A stretch of DNA of 64,000 nt from an uncultured Candidatus Saccharibacteria bacterium (lineage in GTDB: Bacteria > Patescibacteriota > Minisyncoccia > Phycocordibacterales > CAIRYW01), in contig CAYUPH010000005.1 of the NCBI GenBank assembly GCA_964446625.1, positions 1,432 to 65,431 on the forward strand, written 5' to 3'. Numbering within the stretch: the first letter of the stretch is position 1; every line of letters starts with the position of its first letter. This document shows positions 8,088 to 17,971 of the stretch, one piece after another. The notes below the pieces were generated by a model. That model was not told where the DNA came from. It did not search any database and saw nothing but the letters and a program-made list of their open reading frames with translations. Made by a program: the position numbers and the translations under genes.

Positions 8088-10694
8088 ATGCCAAAGACTA
8101 TAAAAGAGTATATTGAAGGGCTACGGCAGTATAACCCTGGAATAACTGATACTGAGATTACAGAGTATCTTATTTCAATTGGAAAAAATGCTGAAGAAGT
8201 AAAAAACTCATTAGTCCCAAAAGTAGAAGACGCACTTCCTGCTGCTCTGCCAGAAGTAGTACTTCCGCCTAGAGTAGAATCAAGTACACCTCTACCTTTG
8301 GAGGGGAAAGTACCACAGGAAATTTTGATAGACAAACCTCTTGTTGAAGCACCTAAAGAAGAGATAAAAAAACCAAGCGACTTTTCAGTTGATAAACTCC
8401 TTCAAAACGCTTCATTTCACACAGACTTTTCTCCAAAAATAACAGAGACAGTTGTAGCACCCGAAGTGCCCAAGGCACCGCTTGTTCCAAACAGTGTTAC
8501 TGCTCCAGCTTCTCCAAACTCAGAATCAGAAAACACAGGTTTCGTATCAGGAGAAGCTCCAAAAGAATTTACATACCCGGCAAAGGCTCCTGCTTCACCT
8601 GAAGAAAAGTACAGCGAAGCTCGTTTTGTAAGTGAGACGGTTATTGGTCCGGCTAAGCCAATGTCTACTCCATTCCAAGGTTCAAACAATAATCCAGTAA
8701 GTGGAGGTGGAGCTCCTGTCCCTCAGCAAATGGCTAAAGAAGGTAAAACACTAAAAGTGTTAATTGTAATTGTAGTCATCCTTCTTGTTTGCGCTCTTGG
8801 AGGACTTGGGTATATTTATCGCGATAAAATAAGTAGCCTTTTCTCAGGAGGAGAGATTCTTACAAATGAAAATCTTACTTCTAAACTATTTGACGGTTTT
8901 TCTAAGCTAAAAAACGGAAAAGAAACTGGTTTTGTTGAAATGAGTGTAGAAAATAAAAAGGAGGGGATAAAAACATTTGAAGAAGCCTATTCAAATAGTG
9001 GAGCTCTTGTTTCGTTTAAAAAAGATGTCCAAAAGTTTAAAGAAATAAAAGGTGTTCTTGGGAGTTTAAATACTTATTTTTATCGTAACAAAAAATATCC
9101 ATTAAATGCAGAGGATGCGGGAATAGTAATAAAGGATGAATTGGGCCTCGTTTACAAATCCTCTGCTGATCAGAAGGATTTTTTGCTTGAGACGTCTTTT
9201 GAGTCACTAGATATGATCCATACTTTAAAAAATTACCAAAGTACAGAAGACAAAACAAAGATTCAAATAACAAGCAAAGATTTCTACACTTTCTCCAATT
9301 TGAATTTCGATGAGATAGATCCGTTTATGATTTCAGGGACAGCTTCCTTTTTTGCCTCAAGCGCGTCAGGGTCAAGTGGAATGAAAGCTCGCTTAGATTT
9401 TGATGCTACAAGTGGTGAAAGTGACGGAATGCCTCTTTTTGATGTGTTTACAAAGTTTGCTTTTTCGGGAGATGAGTATGATTTCAAGCTCGCCGGATCG
9501 GCGCGTTATGTAAAAGAAGGATTGTTTTTAAAACTTTCTGAGAGCCCCTCTTTTTTTGGTGACTTTTCAAAGATAAAAGATACATGGATATATCTTGATC
9601 CAAAGGAAGAGTTTGATCCCTTTGGAAAAGGTTCAAACTTTTTTGAAAATTTAAGTAGTGAGAAAATCAAAGAGACGATTTCAAAAACAAAAGATGAAAA
9701 GACAGAAAAAATACTTCGCATTTTTGATGAGGAGTCCTTCATACAAATTGAAGGTGAGCCAGTTAAAATAAAAACTGCGGATGGTAAAGATGCATATGAA
9801 TACACACTTAAAATGCATATGGAAAAACTTCCTCAAATATACCCTAAAATTGCACAGGAGCTAAAACTTCCCGAATCATTTCTTGAGGAAAAGCTGTCCC
9901 TTCCACTTTCTGTTCTTTATCTCAAGTATCTTTCTGATAACCAGACCTTTAAAGTTGCTTTACTCAAAAACGGAACGGTTGTAAAAACTGATTATGATTT
10001 TATTCTTTTGCCGTCTCAAACCGGGGGAGTTCAAAACAAACAAGTTCGTTTTTCATACAGGAGCGAACACACATTACCCGAGGGAGGAGTAAATATTCAA
10101 AAACCAGATCTTTATATTACTCAAACAGATGCATACTTAAAAATTGCTGGGCTCACTCTTACAGAGTTTAAGTATCAAAGGCAAAGAGCAGCGATTTCGC
10201 AAATTATTCTTTCTCTCAAAACATATAAATCCTTTACGGGCGCATTTCCAAAACAGCTTTCTGATTTACTTACTCCAGTTAATATGAAAAACGGAAGCTC
10301 AACTATTAAGGGCGAAGCGTTACTTAGATCACTCCCAAAAAATGTGTATGAAGGTAAGGAGATAGTTTATAAAACAGATGAGAAAGGAAGTTTTTCCTTG
10401 AGTTACTACATTGAAATACCAAACAAGGAAGAAGCTTCTCGTAATGTTCCTTTTTATACAGCCCGTCCTAAAAACATCACTGCACTTGCAACGGTTCCGG
10501 GTATCAATACTGCCACAGAAACAGTTTTCTCTTTAGAAGCTGAAGCGGAAGCTTTGGTAGATACAGATAAAGATCTTCTCTCTGACTCACTCGAAGAGTT
10601 TATGGGAACAAACAAGCTCATGAAAGACACAGATGCCGATGGGCTTTCTGACTACTCTGAATTTATAAGTGGTGGGGACCCTCTAAAGAAATAA
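8088..10694 (+). CDS. Large single-pass membrane protein: Pro-rich cytoplasmic N-terminus, two pilin-core-like motifs, C-terminal Asp-rich Ca-binding (TSP3-like) repeat
   Basis: TM helix at about aa 224-244. C-terminus DTDKDLLSDSLEEFMGTNKLMKDTDADGLSDYSE. Confidence 0.7.
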   Translation: MPKTIKEYIEGLRQYNPGITDTEITEYLISIGKNAEEVKNSLVPKVEDALPAALPEVVLPPRVESSTPLPLEGKVPQEILIDKPLVEAPKEEIKKPSDFSVDKLLQNASFHTDFSPKITETVVAPEVPKAPLVPNSVTAPASPNSESENTGFVSGEAPKEFTYPAKAPASPEEKYSEARFVSETVIGPAKPMSTPFQGSNNNPVSGGGAPVPQQMAKEGKTLKVLIVIVVILLVCALGGLGYIYRDKISSLFSGGEILTNENLTSKLFDGFSKLKNGKETGFVEMSVENKKEGIKTFEEAYSNSGALVSFKKDVQKFKEIKGVLGSLNTYFYRNKKYPLNAEDAGIVIKDELGLVYKSSADQKDFLLETSFESLDMIHTLKNYQSTEDKTKIQITSKDFYTFSNLNFDEIDPFMISGTASFFASSASGSSGMKARLDFDATSGESDGMPLFDVFTKFAFSGDEYDFKLAGSARYVKEGLFLKLSESPSFFGDFSKIKDTWIYLDPKEEFDPFGKGSNFFENLSSEKIKETISKTKDEKTEKILRIFDEESFIQIEGEPVKIKTADGKDAYEYTLKMHMEKLPQIYPKIAQELKLPESFLEEKLSLPLSVLYLKYLSDNQTFKVALLKNGTVVKTDYDFILLPSQTGGVQNKQVRFSYRSEHTLPEGGVNIQKPDLYITQTDAYLKIAGLTLTEFKYQRQRAAISQIILSLKTYKSFTGAFPKQLSDLLTPVNMKNGSSTIKGEALLRSLPKNVYEGKEIVYKTDEKGSFSLSYYIEIPNKEEASRNVPFYTARPKNITALATVPGINTATETVFSLEAEAEALVDTDKDLLSDSLEEFMGTNKLMKDTDADGLSDYSEFISGGDPLKK

Positions 10695-10742
10695 ATATTT
10701 TTTGATTTGACTTTTGTTTTCACTTTGATAAAATAAAAAGAC

Positions 10743-13700
10743 ATGTATAGGAGAAAGAAAGTAGTACTTTTATTTTTTATTTTGTTTTCGCTTTTTACAC
10801 ATACACCACGCGTTTATGGAGTTGATGCATGGTGGGATGCTTCGTGGCAAAAAAGAATAAAAATCACATTTGCAAACGCAGGAAGAGCAGAGAACCTTAC
10901 AAACTTTCCTGTTCTCGTTTCTCTCTCCTCATCTCGTATCGATTTTTCAGATGTTAACTCAAACGGAAGTGATCTTCGTTTTGTGGATGCAGATGGTACT
11001 ACGGTACTAGATTACGAAATTGAAAAATGGAACCCCTCTGGTACCAGTAGTGTCTGGGTTCGTGTTCCTCAAATCGACGCTTCTTCAGATACAGACTATA
11101 TTTATCTCTATTATAAAAATGCAGGAGCAAGCAGTGGTGCAAATCCTTCTGGTGTTTGGGATAGTAGTTATTTGTCGGTACTTCACATGGGGGACAACCC
11201 TACCTCAAGTGGTCCTCAGCAAGATTCTACAGCAAACAATAGTGATGCGACGTCGATTGCATTAAGTGCAACAACAACAGGTGCTATTGGGGATGCGCTC
11301 GATTTAAACGGAACAACTCAATATGTTCAGTATGCAAGCACTACTTTACCCACTCCGCTTAACGCTGGAACGGTGGAGGTAATTTATAATCCTGATACAT
11401 TTGCATCCGATGTAAACGGAAGGTATTTATTTACAAAAGATAAGTCAGGAACTTATATGGGGGAGTGGCGACTCATGCTTGGTAGTGAGTCTGCTGCGCC
11501 GGCTCAAAGCAATAAACTTGCTTTTCGAATTGAGTGTCCGACTTCGCTTGGAGGAAACGGAAATGCGTGGGCAGTTGTTTCTGATATTGCACCACAGCTT
11601 GCAGGTGGCTGGTATTCTGCAACAGCGGTTTGGAACAAAGCAGGGGGGGCGGGAAACATGAAGCTCTATTGGAACGGAACAGCAACAGGAACCCCTTACC
11701 TTAACACTACTGCTGTTGCCACAGCTGATCCAACCTGTGCAATGGAAGTAAGTGGTGAAAAACCAGAAATTGGAAGAAATAACGGTAAAACAACCCAGGA
11801 CGGATATTTTGATGGTCAAATGGATGAATTTCGAATTTCAAATGTTGTAAGAAGTGCTAACTGGATTAATGCAACCTATGCTTCTAGTTTTGATACTTTA
11901 AACACATATGCTTCAGCGGAGACTCCTCCCGACACCACCCCTCCCGTAATCTCAAGCGTTGCCTCTACAACCGCAGTAACAACAGCAACTGTTACGTGGA
12001 CAACTGATGAATCATCAGACTCTGCGGTATGGTACGGCACTCTCTCTGGTAGCTACACAACCTCAACAACAAGCGCATCCCTCGTTACAAGCCACAGTCT
12101 AGGTCTCACAGGACTCTCTGCAGAATCAACATACTACTTTGTTGTTGTATCTAAAGACGCTTCAAACAACACTTCAACTTCATCTGAATACACTCTTCTT
12201 ACTACCGCAGCTCCCGATACAACAGCCCCTGTTATCTCTTCTGTTGCGACAAGTACCACATCTACAACCGCAACAATTACATGGAGTACAAATGAAAATG
12301 CAACATCAACTGTAAATTACGGTACAACTTCAAGTTATGGATCTGCGTCAACATCTGCATCCTTTACCACTTCACACTCAATTACACTCACCGGACTCTC
12401 TCCACTTACAACTTACCACTTCCAAGTATCTTCTGGAGATTCTTCTTACAACTACGCAACAACAAGTGACTATACAGTGGTGACGGGGGCGTCGACACCT
12501 TCTGCTCCAACGAGTCTTGTTGCAACTGGTTATGATGGTAAGGTAAATGTAAAGTGGACTAATCCTGGAGGAACAATTACCGACTATGCTGTGGAGTACA
12601 AACTTTCTTCAGACTCTGTTTGGTCAATGTTTAGTGACGGCGTTTCAACCGCTACAAGTTCAATTGTCACAGGTCTTACAAACAACTCAGCATATGACTT
12701 TCGTGTAACTACTATAAACAGTGGAAGTTACAGTGCATCTTCTTCTCCTGTTTCCGCAACTCCTCAAGTGGTAATTTCTTTTATAAGCCCAACAATTACA
12801 GGAGGAACATCGACTACCTCTACATCTATAACAGGATATGCTTCTTCTACAATAGCGACGCCAAGTTATATGACTTTCCGTCTTGAAACGAATGGAGGAA
12901 CCCTTGTGTCAGAGGCTACAACCACAACAAGATATGGTGACTACAATATTTCTAATTTAGCTACGACAACAAATAAACAGGATCTATCTATTACCGGAGA
13001 TCTATCCGGAGTCGCGTATGTTCCAACTACAGATACACTTTTTACAATTCACAATAATCAAAATGTTATCCACGAAGTAACAAGGGCGGGAGTAAATGTA
13101 AGGACAATAACATGTTCAAGTTGTAACGATGCGGAAGATATTACACTTGTTTCAAGTGTTGCCTCAACAACTGTTGGCGGGTATGATCACACATTTCTCA
13201 TTTCAACAGAAGATGTAGACACAACTAACCACCAGGTTTTTCGCGTCGTTATTCATTCAACAGGAGCAGCGACTGTAAACCGAACTACTTACTATTCAAC
13301 AGGTATAAGTAGCTCACCTTACACAAACAACGGCTTGGAGGGAGTCGCATACAATTCAAATACAGGTCACTTTTATGCAGCGCTCGAAGGTCAGCAAAAC
13401 GATACAGGAGAACCGAAATTATATGAAGTTACACCAGGAAACATTGCGACACATAGTGCGACAAATCAAAGGATTTGTACTAATTTAAATTTTAGAGATT
13501 ACACAACAACTGATGCTACTCGTTTTCCAGCAAGTCCGGGTTATGCTGATATTTCCGGTTTGTATTATGAGGCAACAAACAATCATCTGTATGTTCTCTC
13601 TCATATGGGAGACAAAATGCTTGAGCTCGATATTTCCGACACTTCAAACTGTGTAGTTTTGAGACAAAAAGGAGTGGTAACACGAGCAGATAGTGGATCA

Positions 13701-16232
13701 AACTTTCTGTTTGAAATGCCCGAAGGAATTTCATGGGACTCAACAGGAGAGTATTTATATGTAGGAACCGAATCCGACTATTGGTCTGTGTGGCGCACAA
13801 CTTCCTATGGAATGAGAAATACATTTTCAGGTCTCTCAGACGGTTCATATAATCTGTATGCAAGTGTCACAGATACAGATGGTATCACTTCAACAACAAC
13901 TGCTCGTTCATTTACAGTGGGTAGTGATGTAACTGCACCTTCAATTTCTAGCGTTGCTTCTTCTACGGATGCTACATCTGCAACAATTACATGGAGCACA
14001 AACGAAGCAGCATCTTCATCGGTACGTTTCGGTCTTTCTACTGCTTACTCTTCTGGTGTTTCTACATCAAGCGGTTCAACAAGTCATTCGGTCAACCTTT
14101 CAGGACTTAATTCAGGTACGCTATATCACTTTGCTGTTTATGCTGCCGACGCTTCAGGGAATAGCGCAACAACAACTGATTATACTTTTACAACAACTTC
14201 AGCACTCGACACCACCCCTCCCGTAATCTCAAGCGTTGCCTCTACAACCACAGTAACAACAGCAACTGTTACGTGGACAACTGATGAATCATCAGACTCT
14301 ACGGTATGGTACGGCACTCTCTCTGGTAGCTACACAACCTCAACAACAAGCGCATCCCTCGTTACAAGCCACAGTCTAGGTCTCACAGGACTCTCTGCAG
14401 AATCAACATACTACTTTGTTGTTGTATCTAAAGACGCTTCAAACAACACTTCAACTTCATCTGAATACACTCTTCTTACTACCGCAGCTCCCGATACAAC
14501 AGCCCCTGTTATCTCTTCTGTTGCGACAAGTACCACATCTACAACCGCAACAATTACATGGAGTACAAATGAAAATGCAACATCAACTGTAAATTACGGT
14601 ACAACTTCAAGTTATGGATCTGCGTCAACATCTGCATCCTTTACCACTTCACACTCAATTACACTCACCGGACTCTCTCCACTTACAACTTACCACTTCC
14701 AAGTATCTTCTGGAGATTCTTCTTACAACTACGCAACAACAAGTGACTATACAGTGGTGACGGGGGCGGATACGACAGGTCCTACAATTTCTAATATTTC
14801 AGTGAGTGAAACTTCGAGTGGAGGAACTATTTCATGGACTACTGATGAACTTGCTTCTTCACTTGTAGCGTATGGACCAGGAACTACTTTTGGAGCAACA
14901 ACTACCGAAACCGATACTTCTCCACGAGTACTGTCTCATTCTGTAGTCTTTTCTGATCTTTTAGCTTGTTCAAGGTACTTCTTTAGAATTGCATCTGAAG
15001 ATGCTGCGGGAAATAGATCATATTCATCAGAAAGCGCTTTTTCAACAACTGGTTGTACAGGGTCAGCTAGTATTGAAGAAGTAGAAGTTGAAAATCTAGA
15101 CGTTTCAACAGGAGGTGCACTTTCAGTTGGGGGAAGCGGTCAACAGATAACTTTAGACATACCAGCAGATGCGACTGCTACATCTTCATCTCTTACATTC
15201 CAACTAAAAATTATTTCTGATAGTAGCGTTATTGATTCTATTAGTACTCCTGCAGACAAATCGGTTGCAGAGGGACATATATATGATTTGAAGGCATTCA
15301 TAAATGCCACAACTACACTTTCAACTTTTGATGAGCCTCTCACTATCACACTCTCGTATGATGATAGTGATGTGCGAGGAGTGTCTGAGTCGTCACTTTT
15401 AATTTATCGATATGATAGCGGTTCTTGGACACCTTTGTCTAACTGTTCCGTAAATACTTCGGCAAACACTATAACTTGTGAGACAGATCATTTCTCAGTT
15501 TTTGGTCTCTTTGGAACTACCCAAAGAAGTAGTAGCGGTGGCGGAAAAAAAGGAGGGAGTTCAAATAAACCAAAAAACACAGATAATACTGTCGCTACTT
15601 CTACTCCAGCGCTAAATAATCCGGTAGTAAATATTTCTGTGTTTACTAAACTACTTGTACTCGGCACTGTTGATACAGAAGTTCTTACGCTTCAGAGGTT
15701 TTTAAACCGTGATCCATTAACTCGAGTTGCAACAACTGGTGTCGGGTCTCCCGGATTTGAGACTTCCAGATTTGGAGAACTTACAAAAGAGGCGGTTATA
15801 AAATTTCAGATTAAAAATGGTATTATTGCTTCTAGGGAAAGTGTTTCTGCCGGAGTTGTCGGACCTCAAACTCGCCTCAAACTAAATTCACTTATTACTG
15901 ACACTTCTACAAGCCCAGTTGTAACAACTCCGAGCGGTCCCGTTGCTCTGGTGCCTTCAAACCAGGTTCTCACAGAGAACTTAGTGCTTGGAACTATAAG
16001 TCCACAAGTTAAAATACTACAACAATTTTTAAACCAGGATTTATCGACTCAGATCGCTCAAAGTGGACCAGGTTCAAATGGGCAAGAGACAGAAAAATTC
16101 GGTTCTCTTACTAAGGAGGCAGTTATTAAATTCCAAATAAAATACGGAATTATAAAAGATAGAACAGACCAATTTGCAGGAACAGTAGGCCCAAATACAC
16201 GTGAGAAGATAAATCTTCTTTTAAAAAAATAA
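10743..16232 (+). CDS. Giant surface protein: signal peptide, DUF2341-like, LamG-like, several Fn3/Ig-like domains, beta-propeller, HFS-motif domain, two peptidoglycan-binding-like domains
   Basis: WWDASWQKR...DLRFVDADG...VWVRVP; FDGQMDEFRIS; DTTPPVIS...WTTDE repeats; LSGVAY/LEGVAY/PEGISW blades; two LQxFLN...FGxLTKEAVIKFQ...VGPxTR units. Confidence 0.85.
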   Translation: MYRRKKVVLLFFILFSLFTHTPRVYGVDAWWDASWQKRIKITFANAGRAENLTNFPVLVSLSSSRIDFSDVNSNGSDLRFVDADGTTVLDYEIEKWNPSGTSSVWVRVPQIDASSDTDYIYLYYKNAGASSGANPSGVWDSSYLSVLHMGDNPTSSGPQQDSTANNSDATSIALSATTTGAIGDALDLNGTTQYVQYASTTLPTPLNAGTVEVIYNPDTFASDVNGRYLFTKDKSGTYMGEWRLMLGSESAAPAQSNKLAFRIECPTSLGGNGNAWAVVSDIAPQLAGGWYSATAVWNKAGGAGNMKLYWNGTATGTPYLNTTAVATADPTCAMEVSGEKPEIGRNNGKTTQDGYFDGQMDEFRISNVVRSANWINATYASSFDTLNTYASAETPPDTTPPVISSVASTTAVTTATVTWTTDESSDSAVWYGTLSGSYTTSTTSASLVTSHSLGLTGLSAESTYYFVVVSKDASNNTSTSSEYTLLTTAAPDTTAPVISSVATSTTSTTATITWSTNENATSTVNYGTTSSYGSASTSASFTTSHSITLTGLSPLTTYHFQVSSGDSSYNYATTSDYTVVTGASTPSAPTSLVATGYDGKVNVKWTNPGGTITDYAVEYKLSSDSVWSMFSDGVSTATSSIVTGLTNNSAYDFRVTTINSGSYSASSSPVSATPQVVISFISPTITGGTSTTSTSITGYASSTIATPSYMTFRLETNGGTLVSEATTTTRYGDYNISNLATTTNKQDLSITGDLSGVAYVPTTDTLFTIHNNQNVIHEVTRAGVNVRTITCSSCNDAEDITLVSSVASTTVGGYDHTFLISTEDVDTTNHQVFRVVIHSTGAATVNRTTYYSTGISSSPYTNNGLEGVAYNSNTGHFYAALEGQQNDTGEPKLYEVTPGNIATHSATNQRICTNLNFRDYTTTDATRFPASPGYADISGLYYEATNNHLYVLSHMGDKMLELDISDTSNCVVLRQKGVVTRADSGSNFLFEMPEGISWDSTGEYLYVGTESDYWSVWRTTSYGMRNTFSGLSDGSYNLYASVTDTDGITSTTTARSFTVGSDVTAPSISSVASSTDATSATITWSTNEAASSSVRFGLSTAYSSGVSTSSGSTSHSVNLSGLNSGTLYHFAVYAADASGNSATTTDYTFTTTSALDTTPPVISSVASTTTVTTATVTWTTDESSDSTVWYGTLSGSYTTSTTSASLVTSHSLGLTGLSAESTYYFVVVSKDASNNTSTSSEYTLLTTAAPDTTAPVISSVATSTTSTTATITWSTNENATSTVNYGTTSSYGSASTSASFTTSHSITLTGLSPLTTYHFQVSSGDSSYNYATTSDYTVVTGADTTGPTISNISVSETSSGGTISWTTDELASSLVAYGPGTTFGATTTETDTSPRVLSHSVVFSDLLACSRYFFRIASEDAAGNRSYSSESAFSTTGCTGSASIEEVEVENLDVSTGGALSVGGSGQQITLDIPADATATSSSLTFQLKIISDSSVIDSISTPADKSVAEGHIYDLKAFINATTTLSTFDEPLTITLSYDDSDVRGVSESSLLIYRYDSGSWTPLSNCSVNTSANTITCETDHFSVFGLFGTTQRSSSGGGKKGGSSNKPKNTDNTVATSTPALNNPVVNISVFTKLLVLGTVDTEVLTLQRFLNRDPLTRVATTGVGSPGFETSRFGELTKEAVIKFQIKNGIIASRESVSAGVVGPQTRLKLNSLITDTSTSPVVTTPSGPVALVPSNQVLTENLVLGTISPQVKILQQFLNQDLSTQIAQSGPGSNGQETEKFGSLTKEAVIKFQIKYGIIKDRTDQFAGTVGPNTREKINLLLKK
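11930..12491 (+). repeat. 562-bp direct repeat, copy 1 (two Fn3-like domains)
   Basis: Matches 14207-14768 except G11973/A14250 and G12024/A14301. Confidence 0.95.
14207..14768 (+). repeat. 562-bp direct repeat, copy 2
   Basis: Offset of 2277 bp (759 codons) from copy 1; 560/562 identical. Confidence 0.95.
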
Positions 16233-16241
16233 ATTAAAACT

Positions 16242-16610
16242 ATGTCTCTTGGAAATATAAATGTAAACTTGCGGAATTCCTCAGGGAGCCTCTATGCAAT
16301 GCAAAAAGATAGGATTATGCGCGAAGCAAAAGAACGCCAAAAGACCCTTGTACAAAGAGAGGTAGACAACTTAAAACGTTCTGTGTCAACAGATCAGTTT
16401 AAACATGGACAACTAACGAGTGAAATTGCTATAGTGAGGCGGCAACTCCTTGATTTAAATAGGAAACGCTCTGACCCATCTGCTATGCGGGAAATTCGCA
16501 TGAAAGAAGAGAGGATTCGTACTCTTGAGGCAGAACAAAGACGCCTCTATGATGACATAAACAGAGCTTCTACAAAAATACGAGACGAGGAGTACAAGAT
16601 GAGAAACTAA
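16242..16610 (+). CDS. Hypothetical coiled-coil protein
   Basis: Charged heptad-rich 122-aa ORF packed tightly between neighbouring genes. Confidence 0.7.
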   Translation: MSLGNINVNLRNSSGSLYAMQKDRIMREAKERQKTLVQREVDNLKRSVSTDQFKHGQLTSEIAIVRRQLLDLNRKRSDPSAMREIRMKEERIRTLEAEQRRLYDDINRASTKIRDEEYKMRN

Positions 16611-16611
16611 A

Positions 16612-17964
16612 ATGGACCACACAACACTTACAATCTTTGGTGCAACTGGAGATTTGTTTAAAAAGAAACTCGCTCCAGCGCTCTTTGATTTGTATGTGAG
16701 AGGGTCCCTTCCAAACCGATTTACAATACTTGGACTTTCTCGAAAACCACTATCCCACAATGAGTTTAGAAACCTAGCCACCCTTGGTATAGAAAAACAT
16801 GAAGCGTTTACGGAAAAAGGGGAAGGTTTCCTAAGAAGACTTTTCTATTACAGTCTTGATGCTACTGACAGCAATTCTTTTGATCAACTTCGCGAGATTA
16901 TCGATAGAAACGATGCGGAGTTTGCAAGTTGCTCAAATAAACTTTTTTATCTTGCAACTGTTCCTGAGCTCTACGCCCACATATTCACAGGTCTTTCAAA
17001 GGTTGGTTTTTCTGTTCCTTGTGTTCCTCCACTTAGAAAGACAGAAAACTGGTCGCGAATTCTTGTAGAAAAGCCGTTTGGGTATGATGCAAAAAATGCA
17101 GAATTTCTTGAAGAACTTTTGTCAGAGTCTTTTGATGAAAGCCAAATTTTCCGAATTGATCACTATCTTGCAAAAGAGACAGTGCAAAACATACTCGCCT
17201 TTCGATTTAAGAATGCACTTTTTGAGCCTCTTTGGAGTAGAAAATATATTGAGCGAGTGGAGCTAAAAGTATATGAGACAGCAGATATAACAGGAAGAGA
17301 ATCTTTTTATGATTCGATTGGGGCGCTTAAAGACTTTGGTCAAAACCATCTTTTGCAAATGTTAGCCCTCCTTGGTATGGAAGAACCAGAAGACTTTTCT
17401 GGAGAAAAAGTAAGAAGTGCTCGTGCTCGGATTTTAAGTGAGACGAAATCGAGTGAAAATGTCACACTTGGTCAGTACGAGGGGTACGCAAGAGGATCCC
17501 TTATAGGGTCTACAACAGAAACTTATTTTAAAGCGGAGCTTCGAGTGGAGAATGAAAGATGGAAGGGAGTTCCTTTTGTTTTAGAACATGGAAAAGCGCT
17601 CAGTGATAACTTTTCAGGAATTATTGTTTATTTTAAACAAAACCCAGAGACAAAAACACCTAACAATATAAGATTTAAAATTCAGCCAGAGCCAGAAATT
17701 TGCGTTTCTTTAAATGTGTTAGAAACCAATATTGGTTCGAACACAGAAGAGCAGAATATGCTTTGTTTTCCACTGCGAGCAAAGGAGAGTAGCGCTGTGT
17801 ATCCGTATGAAAAGCTATTGTCCGATGCTCTCCTTGGAGATCAGACATTATTTGTTTCAAGCAAGGAAGTAAAGGAAGAGTGGAGGATTGCAGACGAGAT
17901 AAAACAATCTGCTAAAGATACAGAACTTCTTATCTACAAAAAAGGAGAAATCTTTGGGTTATAA
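16612..17964 (+). CDS. zwf: Glucose-6-phosphate 1-dehydrogenase
   Basis: IFGATGDL, EKPFG, FRIDHYLAKETVQN, QNHLLQ, ETY...RWKGVPF. Confidence 0.95.
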   Translation: MDHTTLTIFGATGDLFKKKLAPALFDLYVRGSLPNRFTILGLSRKPLSHNEFRNLATLGIEKHEAFTEKGEGFLRRLFYYSLDATDSNSFDQLREIIDRNDAEFASCSNKLFYLATVPELYAHIFTGLSKVGFSVPCVPPLRKTENWSRILVEKPFGYDAKNAEFLEELLSESFDESQIFRIDHYLAKETVQNILAFRFKNALFEPLWSRKYIERVELKVYETADITGRESFYDSIGALKDFGQNHLLQMLALLGMEEPEDFSGEKVRSARARILSETKSSENVTLGQYEGYARGSLIGSTTETYFKAELRVENERWKGVPFVLEHGKALSDNFSGIIVYFKQNPETKTPNNIRFKIQPEPEICVSLNVLETNIGSNTEEQNMLCFPLRAKESSAVYPYEKLLSDALLGDQTLFVSSKEVKEEWRIADEIKQSAKDTELLIYKKGEIFGL

Positions 17965-17971
17965 TAATCTT

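Noticed and set aside
11930-14768. Diversity-generating retroelement TR/VR pair (both mismatches are at A in copy 2)
   Set aside because: Only two differences in 562 bp, both simple transitions. Both copies are coding parts of one gene, and there is no reverse transcriptase in the window.
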